In this document: piece by piece, positions 50,877 through 61,441 of the stretch
Layout of the letters: each line of letters opens with the position of its first letter
Position numbering within the stretch: position 1 is the first letter of the stretch
Source: an uncultured bacterium
GTDB lineage: Bacteria; SAR324; NAC60-12
Reading direction: 5' to 3'
Assembly (NCBI GenBank): GCA_964010765.1
Contig: CAXGMD010000008.1
Location: forward strand, 1-62,993
DNA length: 62,993 nucleotides
The notes under the pieces: model-generated
The model's input: the letters and a program-made list of their open reading frames with translations, nothing else
Database searches by the model: none
What the model was told of the DNA's origin: nothing
Program-made: the position numbers and the translations under genes

Positions 50877-51574
50877 CAGCTGACCTCTTGGGCTAGTGCT
50901 TCATGAAGTTGGTCCTGGTTTTCTTCCATTTGCCAGCGCAGCAGCAGCAAGTATCCATAAAACAGCAGCATGGCAAACATGCATGCCAATAGAGGGTAAA
51001 GTAATTCTGGAGGCATAGCAGGTTTGGCAGCACCTTCCTGTACTTTGAAGAGTGTAGAAGGCTGGTGCAATGTGCGCCACCACTCCACCGACTTGTGTAC
51101 AATTGGGATATCAAGAAAGCCGATAATACCAAGCACTGAGCTAAATCTGGCCTCTTTCTCACGATCTTGAACGGAAAGTCGCAAGAGGAAGTAGCCGAGA
51201 AAAATTAGAAACAGCAGCAAGGTAGTGGTCAGGCGGGCATCCCACACCCAATAAGTTCCCCAGGTCGGACGACCCCAGATTGCTCCTGAAAGCAAAACCA
51301 TTGCGCAGAAAATTAGGCCAATTTCAGCAGAGACCTTGGCGATCCGATCAAAGACGAGAAGGCGTTTCCACAAATAGGCTATGCCAAAGGCGAAAGTCAC
51401 AAAGAAGGCTAAGTAGGTGACGATTACGGAGGGTACATGAATGTACATGATTTTTTGGACAAAGCCTTGCTCGGTCTCTGTGGGAGTGAAGGCAAATACC
51501 CAAAGACCACATGCGAATAGTGTTAGTGGTGCGATGATTTCCAGTCGGGCTGTCCAGCGAGCGGCACTATCCAT
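50876..51574 (-). CDS. ccmC: Heme exporter protein CcmC
   Basis: IMYIHVP, WWD motif [24 protein letters not shown]. Confidence 0.94.
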   Translation of the reverse strand: MDSAARWTARLEIIAPLTLFACGLWVFAFTPTETEQGFVQKIMYIHVPSVIVTYLAFFVTFAFGIAYLWKRLLVFDRIAKVSAEIGLIFCAMVLLSGAIWGRPTWGTYWVWDARLTTTLLLFLIFLGYFLLRLSVQDREKEARFSSVLGIIGFLDIPIVHKSVEWWRTLHQPSTLFKVQEGAAKPAMPPELLYPLLACMFAMLLFYGYLLLLRWQMEENQDQLHEALAQEVS

Positions 51575-52997
51575 TCAGTAGTTCCTCTAGAAGCTGATTC
51601 ACAATCTGTGGGTTTGCTTGTCCCTTGGTTTCCTTCATCACCTGACCAACAAAAAATCCTTTAATTTGGGTTTTGCCAGCTCGGAATTGTTCTACCTGCT
51701 TTGGGTTGTTACTTAGCAATGTTTCCAACAACCCTCGTAGGGCGCCCTCGTCAGAAACTTGTTTTAATCCTTGAACTTCAATGATTGTAGCCGGATCTTT
51801 ACCAGACTTCACCATTTCTTCGAAAACAGTCTTGGCAATTTTCCCACTTATCGAACCTTCCTGCAAAAATTGAATCAGACTAGCGAGGCTTTTGGCAGGA
51901 ATGCCCACATTTCGGATATCCACCTTGTTTTCATTCATTAGCCGCATCAGTTCACCACTGATCCAATTACAAACCAATTTGGGATCAGCTTTGGCGGCAA
52001 CTACTTCTTCAAAGTATTCGGCAACCTGCTTGTCTGCGACTAGCACTTCAGCATCGTAGGTGCTCAGTCCAAATGACTCCATGAAACGCTGTTTTTTGGC
52101 ATCTGGCAATTCTGGAAGTTGATTGTGGATCTGCTCAACAAAATCTGAGGATATTCTGACAACTGGCAAATCAGGATCTGGGAAATATCGATAGTCGTGG
52201 GCCTCTTCCTTGGAGCGCATACTGTAGGTGTTCTTCTTTACTGAATCCCACAACCTGGTTTCTTGGACGATTCGCTTGCTATCTAGAAGCTCTTCTGTTT
52301 GGCGAGCAATTTCATAGGTGATCGCCTGTTGAACAAAGCGAAAGGAATTGAGATTTTTGGTTTCCGTACGAGTCCCAAATTTTTCTTGCCCGATAGGTCT
52401 TAGCGAGACATTGGCATCACAGCGAAAATGCCCCTTTTCCATATCTCCTTCGCTGATTCCAAGATACGTGACGATGGAATGCATCTTCTCCATGTAGGCT
52501 TTTGCTTCCTCGGGAGTACGGAGGTCGGGTTCACTAACAATTTCCAGGAGCGGAACTCCAGCCCTGTTCAGATCAACAAAACTGGAGTCACCATCTTCCT
52601 CATGAACCAGTTTTCCAGCATCTTCTTCCATATGGATACGTGTGATACTGATTCTGCGGGTCTGCCTATCCACCTCAATGTCTAGCCAGCCATTTTCACA
52701 GATGGGACGGTCAAATTGAGAGATCTGATAGGCTTTTGGCAGGTCAGGATAGAAGTAGTTTTTGCGAGCAAATTGTGAATCCAATCGAATGGTACAGTGA
52801 GTGGCCAAGCCCAATCTAATGGCAAATTCTACAACACGACGGTTCAAAACTGGCAGTGCCCCAGGTAATCCAAGACACACGGGACAGGTGCTTTCATTGG
52901 GAGGCTTGCCAAATTGGGTTGAACAGGAACAGAAGATTTTAGATTGTGTGGCAAGTTGGGCGTGGATTTCTAGCCCAATTACTGGTTCAAATTGCAT
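51567..52997 (-). CDS. gatB: Asp/Glu-tRNA amidotransferase subunit B
   Basis: [46 protein letters not shown]. Confidence 0.97.
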   Translation of the reverse strand: MQFEPVIGLEIHAQLATQSKIFCSCSTQFGKPPNESTCPVCLGLPGALPVLNRRVVEFAIRLGLATHCTIRLDSQFARKNYFYPDLPKAYQISQFDRPICENGWLDIEVDRQTRRISITRIHMEEDAGKLVHEEDGDSSFVDLNRAGVPLLEIVSEPDLRTPEEAKAYMEKMHSIVTYLGISEGDMEKGHFRCDANVSLRPIGQEKFGTRTETKNLNSFRFVQQAITYEIARQTEELLDSKRIVQETRLWDSVKKNTYSMRSKEEAHDYRYFPDPDLPVVRISSDFVEQIHNQLPELPDAKKQRFMESFGLSTYDAEVLVADKQVAEYFEEVVAAKADPKLVCNWISGELMRLMNENKVDIRNVGIPAKSLASLIQFLQEGSISGKIAKTVFEEMVKSGKDPATIIEVQGLKQVSDEGALRGLLETLLSNNPKQVEQFRAGKTQIKGFFVGQVMKETKGQANPQIVNQLLEELLNG

Positions 52998-53039
52998 GTT
53001 AGTGCGGAGAAAGTTTGACGTATGAGCGGGAAGCGGTTC

Positions 53040-53582
53040 TCAGTCCTTGAGTTCCTCTAATCTTGCTTGAAGTTCACGTACCTGGGCCTGTATGCGCTGA
53101 CGTTCTTGTTCTTTGTTTTTAGGGGGTTCTGGCGTTCTTGCTCTGGTTGACGCTTTCGGTTTTGAATCAAGAAATGGATTGAAGAAAGGCATCTTCATTT
53201 CACCACCCATCAGCCAAGGATTTGTGAAACTTGAGAGTTGTCGTTGCATCGCATCGCGAGTGTCCAAATAAGAATCCAACATTTTTGGCACAAAGTCTGT
53301 GAAAAATTCACCGAGGATTCCTTCACGATTGCGAATGATTTGGTGAAGAAAAGACGTAGAGAACAGATAGATGCCATCACGTTCCATAACGATTTGAGTC
53401 AAAATCGCCTGAGTGATATCTTCTTTTGTTTTGGAATCGACCACCTGTACATCAAAGCCTTGTTGAATCAACTCTCCCAACTCTTCGATGGTCAAGTAGC
53501 GACTATGTGCCATGTCATAGAGCCGCCGATTCGAATACTTCTTGATGGTGATGACTGTATTGTATGAAGCTTTCCCCCCCAT
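53040..53582 (-). CDS. phaR: PHA synthesis regulator PhaR-like DNA-binding protein
   Basis: IKKYSNRRLYD...YLT...VVDSKTKEDITQAILTQI, FLHQIIR. Confidence 0.78.
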   Translation of the reverse strand: MGGKASYNTVITIKKYSNRRLYDMAHSRYLTIEELGELIQQGFDVQVVDSKTKEDITQAILTQIVMERDGIYLFSTSFLHQIIRNREGILGEFFTDFVPKMLDSYLDTRDAMQRQLSSFTNPWLMGGEMKMPFFNPFLDSKPKASTRARTPEPPKNKEQERQRIQAQVRELQARLEELKD

Positions 53583-53733
53583 GCTTCTCCAAAAATTCCT
53601 TGTTGAAAAAGATGTCTGAACCTAGAGCAGGACGCCAACAGGCTCAAGTTAATTTAGAAATAGGAATCATCACTCAATATTTTTGAAAAATTCAGGTACA
53701 TTTTTAAATTTTACTTCATCCACAATATTGTCA

Positions 53734-54693
53734 ATGACTTGGAAAGATTTCCCTCGCCCCCTTGTTTGCTTGGCCCCAATGGATGGGATCACAAACACAG
53801 CTTATCGTCGAATAGTTCGTAGCTTGAGCAAGCGCACCCTTCTTTTCAGCGAGTTCACCAGTGTAGACGGCTTGCTACGAAGCGAGCGACTCCGAGAGAG
53901 AATGGACTACCACCCAAGTGAGCATCCATTCTTTATGCAGTTATTTGGAAACGATCCTCAAGCTTTTGCCGAAGTCTCAAAAATGGTTGAAGATCGTGGA
54001 ATTCTAGGGGTTGATATCAACATGGGGTGCCCTTCCAAAAAAATTGTCAATTCTCAACACGGTAGTGCTTTGATGAAAGATGTGGATGGTGCTTGCAGAA
54101 TCATTGAATCGATTCGAAGCGCCTGTAATCTTGAAGTTTCCGTAAAGACAAGGCTGGGCTGGGAAAATGCTGACAACTTGATTCCTTTTGCAAAATCTTT
54201 GGAAGCTGCCGGAACTTCTTTAGTAACAATTCACGGACGCACTTATCGGCAGGCTTTCAAGGGAGACGCGAATTGGGAACCCATTTATGAACTGAAACGA
54301 AACTTATCCATTCCAGTTGTGGGTAACGGGGACGTTCAGGATTATTCAGACGGCATCAAGAAAACCAAAAACCTGGATGGCTTTATGATCGGGCGGAGTG
54401 CAATCGGTAATCCCTGGGTTTTCTGCAATCCATATGAGCGAGCAAATCCCTCCTTGGCCGAGAGAGTTGAAACCGCCATTCGACACTACGAACTCTTACG
54501 AGAATTCCAGACAGAGCATAGGGCCTTGAGAGAATTTAGAAAATACCTTGGAGAATATATTCAGGGATTTCGGCACGCAAAGGAGCAGCGTAAGCAATTG
54601 ATGACCTGTGAGCGAGAAGAAGATTTTCTTAACCAGATGCGTGAGATAGCCAGCTGGGAAGCTTCTGACTCAGAACTAGCTTTTGCCAGCTGA
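53734..54693 (+). CDS. dus: tRNA-dihydrouridine synthase family protein
   Basis: LAPMDGIT, DINMGCP, GSALM, SVKTRLG, IHGRT, GNGDV, MIGR. ATG at 53734 preferred. Confidence 0.9.
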   Translation: MTWKDFPRPLVCLAPMDGITNTAYRRIVRSLSKRTLLFSEFTSVDGLLRSERLRERMDYHPSEHPFFMQLFGNDPQAFAEVSKMVEDRGILGVDINMGCPSKKIVNSQHGSALMKDVDGACRIIESIRSACNLEVSVKTRLGWENADNLIPFAKSLEAAGTSLVTIHGRTYRQAFKGDANWEPIYELKRNLSIPVVGNGDVQDYSDGIKKTKNLDGFMIGRSAIGNPWVFCNPYERANPSLAERVETAIRHYELLREFQTEHRALREFRKYLGEYIQGFRHAKEQRKQLMTCEREEDFLNQMREIASWEASDSELAFAS

Positions 54694-54864
54694 AGCAAAC
54701 ATGCTTGTACCTATCCCAAACGATGGAGCATTTCATCAGAGTGCTTGCAAGAAAAACATTAGTTCTCTCCAGGATACTTCCAAAAATGTGGCTCATAATG
54801 ACTTGATTTTGAGCCAGCTTAAAAATGATTTACTCCCCTATTTGCTGATCCAAGAGTTAGAAAC

Positions 54865-55881
54865 ATGCATATTTTAGTAACTGGAGCCGCGGGTTTTATC
54901 GGGTTCCATCTGACTCGTCGGTTACTCGAGCGAGGAGATACTGTCGTTGGATTGGACAACTTGAATAGCTACTATGACGTGAGACTTAAGCGAGATCGTC
55001 TCATGCTGCTGGAACAGGAAAAAAACTTTAATTTCATTGAAGCTAACCTCGAAGATTCCACTTCCATTCAGAATGTTTTTGACCAGCATGTTTTTGATCG
55101 AGTTGTGAATCTCGCCGCACAAGCAGGGGTTCGTTACAGTTTAGAAAATCCCAGAGCTTACATTGATGCGAATATCGTAGGTTTTCTGAATATCCTTGAA
55201 AATTGCCGCCATTATGAGGTTCCACATTTGGTATATGCTTCCAGTAGTTCGGTATATGGAGCCAACACGAAAATGCCCTTCAGTGTTCACCACAACGTAG
55301 ACCATCCAGTGAGCCTCTATGCCGCAAGCAAGAAATCCAATGAACTGATGGCCCACACCTACAGTCATTTGTTTGGGTTGCCAACCACAGGTCTACGGTT
55401 TTTTACTGTCTATGGACCATGGGGTCGTCCGGACATGGCTCTGTTTTTATTTACCAAAGCAATCTTGAACGGTGAACCGATCCAAGTTTTCAATCACGGC
55501 AAGATGCGTAGAGATTTTACCTACGTAGACGACATTGTGGAGGGATTGATCAGAGTCACGGACAAAATTCCAGTAGGAAATGAAAATTGGAGTGGGGATA
55601 AGCCCGACCCAGCTACCAGTAAAGCACCCTATCGAATTTACAACATTGGTAACCACGAACCCGTTGAACTACTCCATTTCATTGAACTACTCGAAAAAGC
55701 TTTAGGGCAAGAAGCCCAAAAAGAATTTTTATCTATTCAACTTGGCGATGTTCCAGCGACGTATGCGAATGTGGAAGCACTAGAAAAAGATGTAGACTTT
55801 CGTCCAAATACACCAATTGAAGAGGGAATTCAGAGGTTTATTGCTTGGTACCGAGATTACTACAAAATACCAATTTCCTAA
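54865..55881 (+). CDS. NAD-dependent epimerase (UDP-glucuronate 4-epimerase-like)
   Basis: [47 protein letters not shown]. Confidence 0.92.
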   Translation: MHILVTGAAGFIGFHLTRRLLERGDTVVGLDNLNSYYDVRLKRDRLMLLEQEKNFNFIEANLEDSTSIQNVFDQHVFDRVVNLAAQAGVRYSLENPRAYIDANIVGFLNILENCRHYEVPHLVYASSSSVYGANTKMPFSVHHNVDHPVSLYAASKKSNELMAHTYSHLFGLPTTGLRFFTVYGPWGRPDMALFLFTKAILNGEPIQVFNHGKMRRDFTYVDDIVEGLIRVTDKIPVGNENWSGDKPDPATSKAPYRIYNIGNHEPVELLHFIELLEKALGQEAQKEFLSIQLGDVPATYANVEALEKDVDFRPNTPIEEGIQRFIAWYRDYYKIPIS

Positions 55882-56295
55882 TTGTTGATCATCCCACTCC
55901 TACTCCTTTGCCGGAAATCAGACTGGCTGGATTTCCATTCAATGAAACTTGATTCGCTCAAACGACTCTCTCCAGTTGCAGTTCATTAATCCCATTGGCC
56001 CTCTTAGTCTCCAGGATTTTTGTTGATTCCAATTCCCCACGCAATTTTGCTAATTTTTGTTGAGGTTCGAAGCCTTAACGTGATTTCTATATTCAATTAA
56101 TGAATAAATAAATAATTAAATCAGTTATATCTTTTAATTTTTGATCAGTTTTTTCGATCAATAGAAAAAATTTATTTTGTATGTACGAAATTATTGACTA
56201 CGATCAATGAAAGTGAAATCATAAAAAGCATAAACATTATCTAAAATATTGTTACTCACCTGCTGCCCCTCCCAACACCCAAAAACGGAGTCACC

Positions 56296-58083
56296 ATGAT
56301 GACCGAAAATAGGGAAAGCGCCAGAACACAGAGCCTCAAATCAAAAGTTATGAAAAGCCTTTTGGACGATGGCAAAGCGAAAGGCTATTTGACTTTAGAC
56401 GACATCAATAGCCACCTCAGCGAACAAAATGATGGAGCCAAAGCAGATAATAGCCAGATGGAGCAGATTTTTAACGCTCTAACAGGTGCTGGGATTGAAG
56501 TGTTGGAAGATGAAGATTCTGAAGAAGAAAATGCCCTTAAGGATAGGGATGAATTAGAAATTGATGATTCCTTAAGCAGTGCAGACTTAGCGGCGATTAA
56601 CAACGATCCTGTTCAACTTTATCTCCGAAAGATGGGGTGCATCAGTTTGCTCACTAGAGATGAGGAATTGCAGATTGCCCAATCGATTGAGGAGGGGAAC
56701 TACGCTCTACTCCAGATTTTTGCTCGTTCAATTTTGGTTCTGGAGAACCTGAGTCAACTGAAAAGGAAGCTTAAGGAGGGTCATGTTCGTGCCAAGAACT
56801 TAATTGCTGGCTTGGATGAAGATGACAACGTTATTGAGGATGATGAGCGAGCGTCAAAGAAACTTCAGGATGTATTGGCTCAGATAGATGAATTTCGCCA
56901 ACAAATGTTGGAGTTAGAAACTGATCCGACTGCTAAGAAGTTTGACCAAACAGAGCTTGAATCACTGCAGAAAAAAATCCTCAAGAGACTTGAGAAAGCA
57001 AACTTCAATTCTCGTCAGTTAGAAGCCCTCTGCTCTACAATGCTTCAGCATCACTCGAAGATTCGGACGCTGAAACGAAGAGTGCAGGTTTATGAGGAGC
57101 AACTGCAGATCGCTCCAAAAGATGCTTCACGTTGGCTAGAGAAATGGAAGAAAGCCCAGGGAGAGCGAAGGCGTGAGCGTTACTATGAACGAAAGTTCGA
57201 AAACGGAACAGGAATGCGCTTCCCTGTAGCCCGTAGGATCTTTGAAAAATGGCAGTTGTGTCGTCGACGTATCGATATGCTTCAGCAGCAAGCCGGAGAC
57301 AATTGGTATGGCTTTGATACCGAGATTGAACACCTGAAAAAAGCAGAACTTCAGGTAAAACAGGCCAAGAGTAAATTGATTGAGGCCAACCTGCGCCTTG
57401 TGATCAGTATTGCCAAGAAGCACACGAATCGGGGTTTGCAATTCTTGGATTTGATTCAAGAGGGGAACCTAGGACTGATTCGAGCTGTTGACAAATTTGA
57501 ATATAGAAGAGGCTATAAATTTTCTACCTACGCGACGTGGTGGATTCGGCAGTCAATCACAAGAGCGATCATTGACCAGGCAAGGACGATTCGTATTCCT
57601 GTTCACATGATTGAGACTCTCAATAAGCTATACCAGGTATCAAAGCAGCTTACGAATCAGCATGGGAGAGAGCCCAGTATTGATGAATTGGAAGAACATC
57701 TCGGTATGCCCCTGGATAAGGTTCGCGATGCCATTCGTATTTCCCGAGATCCGGTTTCACTCGATTCTCCAATTGGGGATGATGAAGATTCGCAGTTAAA
57801 AGATTTTATCCCTGATCAAAATGCTTTGGATCCGGTCGCGAAAACAACTACAACTCATCTCGAAGAGACGATCCGTCACTACTTAGGAACGTTGAGTGAG
57901 AGAGAAGAAAAAGTTGTCAAAATGCGATTTGGTGTCGATGAGGCAAAGGAGTATACTCTGGAAGAGATAGGTCTGAACTTTGATGTTACCCGTGAGCGAA
58001 TCCGTCAAATTGAGGCCAAAGCTCTGCGTCGACTCCGACATCCAAGTCGAAGCGCTCCCCTGCGTTCCTACTACGATGAGTGA
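56296..58083 (+). CDS. rpoD: RNA polymerase sigma70 factor, RpoD family
   Basis: Region 1.1, [51 protein letters not shown]. Confidence 0.85.
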   Translation: MMTENRESARTQSLKSKVMKSLLDDGKAKGYLTLDDINSHLSEQNDGAKADNSQMEQIFNALTGAGIEVLEDEDSEEENALKDRDELEIDDSLSSADLAAINNDPVQLYLRKMGCISLLTRDEELQIAQSIEEGNYALLQIFARSILVLENLSQLKRKLKEGHVRAKNLIAGLDEDDNVIEDDERASKKLQDVLAQIDEFRQQMLELETDPTAKKFDQTELESLQKKILKRLEKANFNSRQLEALCSTMLQHHSKIRTLKRRVQVYEEQLQIAPKDASRWLEKWKKAQGERRRERYYERKFENGTGMRFPVARRIFEKWQLCRRRIDMLQQQAGDNWYGFDTEIEHLKKAELQVKQAKSKLIEANLRLVISIAKKHTNRGLQFLDLIQEGNLGLIRAVDKFEYRRGYKFSTYATWWIRQSITRAIIDQARTIRIPVHMIETLNKLYQVSKQLTNQHGREPSIDELEEHLGMPLDKVRDAIRISRDPVSLDSPIGDDEDSQLKDFIPDQNALDPVAKTTTTHLEETIRHYLGTLSEREEKVVKMRFGVDEAKEYTLEEIGLNFDVTRERIRQIEAKALRRLRHPSRSAPLRSYYDE

Positions 58084-58205
58084 GAATCCGTTGGATTAAG
58101 CTTATCCCTGATGTCTCTGGAACTTTCTTCTCCCAGAGACATCAATATACTCTCCGAATTTGCGAACCACTTCTGAAACCCATCCAGACCACTAGTAAGA
58201 AACTC

Positions 58206-59225
58206 TCAGCGAAAATTTGTTTCAAAGAAGCTTGGGACAATCCGAGAGAGCCAAGACCACTCTTTTCCTGGAACGGAACCGGACACAAAGCCTACATGAC
58301 CTCCTACTGGGACGAAAGCCGTCTGAATCAGATCTGACAATTCAGATGCCTGTGGAACAACTTCAGGAACCATGAAAGGATCATCCAGAGCGTGCACCAG
58401 TAGGGTTGGGATTTGAATTCTGGTGAGGTACTGACGACAACTGGCTTTTTCATAATAATCACGGACATTCTTGAAGCCGTGCAAGGGCGCCGTCAGCAAA
58501 TCATCAAATTCCCAGAGTGTCTTTAGCTCCATGATCTGCGAAAGGTCAGATAATCCCAATGCATCCTTCAACAAGGCCCACTTGCGCACTGCGGAGCGTT
58601 TCAGCCGTCCCATCAAATATTGCTGATAGATTTTTGAAAAACCTTGGCTGAGTCGATCAGCGCAGAGCGCTAGTTTGTAGGGAACAGAGATAGCACACGC
58701 AGCTGCAATTTTTCTGAACTCATTCTGACCAAGCCAATTGAGCAGAATACTACCGCCAATGGAGAATCCGACGACTCCAATCGGTGCTTCTGGGAAGCGT
58801 TCCCGAAGTACCTCCACAGTCCAGTCTAACTCCTGCCAGCGCATCGCGTGATAGCTCTGCGCAAGACGGTTCGGTTTTTCTCCGCAATTGCGGTATTGCA
58901 TAACAACAGCCCGCCATCCCAAGAAACCTAATTGACGCATTAGATCCTGAACATAATTAGAGCGGGCGCATCCCTCCAAACCATGTAGAATCAAAATAGT
59001 AGGTACTTTTGCAGTGGCTTCATACGTGTCCTTCAGCCAAAACCATTCAAGGAAATCTTGATCTGGTAGTTCGTGGGTTTCCTCAAATAAATCCACCGAA
59101 GGCACCTGCCGAACTCGTGCATTCCACAAGGTTTGGCTATGGGCTTCCGGAAGCCACCAAGCTGGAAGAAATCCTAGCTCGTTTGAAGTAGAAAATGGCT
59201 TGCCCTGTGATGATCTTTTTCTGAT
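58206..59225 (-). CDS. YheT family alpha/beta hydrolase (start uncertain, probably ATC at 59225)
   Basis: LHGLEG, GFSIGG nucleophile, HALDDPF, GGHVGF. The frame continues upstream of TTG 59129 through FLPAWWLPEAHSQTLW to an ATC just downstream of AAGGAGGT. Confidence 0.85.
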   Translation of the reverse strand: MRKRSSQGKPFSTSNELGFLPAWWLPEAHSQTLWNARVRQVPSVDLFEETHELPDQDFLEWFWLKDTYEATAKVPTILILHGLEGCARSNYVQDLMRQLGFLGWRAVVMQYRNCGEKPNRLAQSYHAMRWQELDWTVEVLRERFPEAPIGVVGFSIGGSILLNWLGQNEFRKIAAACAISVPYKLALCADRLSQGFSKIYQQYLMGRLKRSAVRKWALLKDALGLSDLSQIMELKTLWEFDDLLTAPLHGFKNVRDYYEKASCRQYLTRIQIPTLLVHALDDPFMVPEVVPQASELSDLIQTAFVPVGGHVGFVSGSVPGKEWSWLSRIVPSFFETNFR

Positions 59226-59257
59226 GATGACCTCCTTTAAGTCTTACTCACTATGGA

Positions 59258-60313
59258 GTGGTCGTGTCTGTTTTCTCTTCGCTTACCAAGTCTTTTGTTC
59301 AGGATCTTGCCATTGATCTTGGCACTGCAAATACGCTTGTTTGCACGCAAAAGCACGGGATTGTTATTCGGGAGCCTTCTGTCGTTGCCGTGAAGCGAAT
59401 TTCCCGGGGAGAAATCCAAATTCTGGCGGTGGGCCAGGTTGCGAAAGAGATGATGGGAAGAACTCCACGCGGAGTTGAAGCCATTCGGCCCTTAAAAGAT
59501 GGAGTGATTTCTGATTTTGACATTGCTCAGGAAATGCTGAGTTATTTTATTCGTGAAACTCAGCAACAATTTTCTGCATTGAAGACCAAGCCCAGAATTG
59601 TAATCGCCATCCCCTCCGGAATTACTCAAGTTGAGCGGAGAGCTGTCAGAGAAGCAGCGTTGCTTGCTGGAGCTAAAGAAGTCTTTTTAATCGAAGAACC
59701 TATGGCTGCAGCTATCGGAGCCGGTCTCCCAGTCCAGGACGCTACAGGTTCGTTGATTGTCGATATTGGTGGCGGAACCACGGAGGTTGCCGTTATCTCT
59801 TTAGCCAGCATTGTTTTTAGTGATTCAAGCCGAGTAGGTGGTGATGTGATGGACGACACCATCAGCCAGTACGCCAAGCAAAAATACAACTTGTTGATTG
59901 GCGAACGAACTGCAGAAAACGTCAAGATTCTCTTGGGCAATGCAATCGAGGGAAGTGCTACCCACCAGACCATGGAAGTTCGTGGACGAGATGTAATCTC
60001 AGGAGTACCAAAAACCTTATTATTTCATGAATCAGAAATACGTACATGCTTAGCGGACAACTGTGCGGCAATTGTAAAATTGGTCAAAAAGGCTTTGGAA
60101 CAAACTCCTCCTGAATTGGCCGCAGACATTGTTGAAAAAGGCATTTTCTTAGCTGGTGGAGGTTCCATGCTGGCGGGTTTAGACAAATTATTGAGTGAAG
60201 AAGTCAACTTAAAGGTAATGCATGCTGATGATCCTCTGAGCTGTGTGGCCTTGGGAACTTTAAAGGTTTTAGCAGAATTGGACCTACTGGCTCAGATTGA
60301 ACTCAACAATTAG
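59258..60313 (+). CDS. mreB: Rod shape-determining actin MreB
   Basis: AIDLGTANT, EPSVVA, IEEPMAAAIGAG, DIGGGTTE, QTPPELAADI. Start may be the GTG at 59264. Confidence 0.93.
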   Translation: MVVSVFSSLTKSFVQDLAIDLGTANTLVCTQKHGIVIREPSVVAVKRISRGEIQILAVGQVAKEMMGRTPRGVEAIRPLKDGVISDFDIAQEMLSYFIRETQQQFSALKTKPRIVIAIPSGITQVERRAVREAALLAGAKEVFLIEEPMAAAIGAGLPVQDATGSLIVDIGGGTTEVAVISLASIVFSDSSRVGGDVMDDTISQYAKQKYNLLIGERTAENVKILLGNAIEGSATHQTMEVRGRDVISGVPKTLLFHESEIRTCLADNCAAIVKLVKKALEQTPPELAADIVEKGIFLAGGGSMLAGLDKLLSEEVNLKVMHADDPLSCVALGTLKVLAELDLLAQIELNN

Positions 60314-60372
60314 TCCTTGCCTTTTGTGTGGGCAAATTTATCATCTCAAATTTCCGATAATTTTCCTCGGTT

Positions 60373-60447
60373 GGTGACGTGGCTGAATGGTCAGGCAGCA
60401 GATTGCAAATCTGTTTCATAGCGGTTCGAATCCGCTCGTCACCTCCA
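60373..60447 (+). tRNA. tRNA-Cys (GCA)
   Basis: Acceptor GGTGACG/CGTCACC, U discriminator, encoded CCA, anticodon arm gcaga-ttGCAaa-tctgt, T-arm GGTTCGAATCC. Confidence 0.95.
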
Positions 60448-60483
60448 CCCGCCTGCTGAATTCTTGCTTCCTCAGCAACGCTA

Positions 60484-60570
60484 GCCCGGATGGCGAAATT
60501 GGTAGACGCACAGGACTTAAAATCCTGCGGAGGTAGCCCCTCCGTGCCGGTTCGATTCCGGCTCCGGGCA
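60484..60570 (+). tRNA. tRNA-Leu (TAA)
   Basis: Acceptor GCCCGGA/TCCGGGC+A, anticodon arm cagga-ctTAAaa-tcctg, long variable arm, GGTTCGATTCC; CCA not encoded. Confidence 0.95.
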
Positions 60571-60752
60571 CTCAAATTTCATTTTGTAACATCCACCCTT
60601 GGTCTTCGCTGCTGAGTTGCTGATCTAATATAGTTAGTCGCTTTGCAACCAGATCAAAGGGATGACAACATCAGAATTGGTCTGAATTATGCCATGGTTT
60701 AATAGGCTGCAGGCGAATTTAATGAGTTGATTTCACTATTAGGGAGGCTGAG

Positions 60753-60908
60753 ATGCAGAAAGAATTTGAAGACTATCAAAAGATGCTGATGCTTATTCAG
60801 CAAGACGTTAAAGACATGAGAGAACGGTTTCTTCTGAATGATTTGAATCCTGAGAATTTTCGCGATGGCAATCCTCTGGAAGACGACATTATTTCCCTCA
60901 AAAAATAA
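60753..60908 (+). CDS. Small acidic hypothetical protein (51 aa)
   Basis: Not in ORF track. MQKEFEDYQKMLMLIQQDVKDMRERFLLNDLNPENFRDGNPLEDDIISLKK, with a GGGAGG RBS upstream. Confidence 0.6.
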   Translation: MQKEFEDYQKMLMLIQQDVKDMRERFLLNDLNPENFRDGNPLEDDIISLKK

Positions 60909-60922
60909 ATCTTTCTATTTAA

Positions 60923-60970
60923 TTATTGATAATACTGAGATTTTAGTCCTTTTCAGTATTATTTCAATAA
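60923..60970. repeat. AT-rich inverted repeat (terminator or operator)
   Basis: ttattgataatactga...tcagtattatttcaataa; core arms ataatactga/tcagtattat are perfect. Confidence 0.45.
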
Positions 60971-60991
60971 ACCAACACAGGCACTAACCTG

Positions 60992-61072
60992 ATGGGAAGA
61001 TTCTCACCGGTGATGTTTCTCATCATTGCCTTGACGATCGTTTTCTTCTACTTATCAAATAACAGTATCTGA
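60992..61072 (+). CDS. Possible 26 aa single-TM peptide
   Basis: MGRFSPVMFLIIALTIVFFYLSNNSI; no clear RBS. Confidence 0.3.
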   Translation: MGRFSPVMFLIIALTIVFFYLSNNSI

Positions 61073-61125
61073 CTTTCCTATCAGTCAACAAAAAGTGTTG
61101 TTTTCCCACTGCCGGCGTTCATCGA

Positions 61126-61344
61126 ATGAAAATTACCTTTCAGCATTACAACAAAAAGTTCAGCTCAATTTGGTGCTTGATCAGTGCCCAGATTATTTTG
61201 GTAGCCTGCTCAAATAATAGTTCAGAGGTAAAGACTGCTAACCAAAACCCAGAGACATGCAAGATGGCCTACGAATATGAGTGGGAGCATATCTACGACA
61301 GAAAGGTGTACATTCCCATCGCTTGTTGTAAATGCGCGGAGTAA
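61126..61344 (+). CDS. Small hypothetical lipoprotein
   Basis: LVAC lipobox followed by SNNSS; Cys-rich end ACCKCAE. Confidence 0.55.
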   Translation: MKITFQHYNKKFSSIWCLISAQIILVACSNNSSEVKTANQNPETCKMAYEYEWEHIYDRKVYIPIACCKCAE

Positions 61345-61441
61345 GCTGATCTTCATAACAGCATGCTGATCTCTGCGAGAGCCCCTTCTTGATTTCCTCC
61401 GGTCATACTTTTGAAACCTTCCCCTCAATTCTGAAACTACT

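Noticed and set aside
54683..54877. 64 aa ORF between dus and the epimerase
   Set aside because: TTG start inside dus, overlaps both neighbours, no RBS or motif.
60303..60575. 90 aa minus-strand ORF
   Set aside because: It is the antisense shadow of the two tRNA genes.
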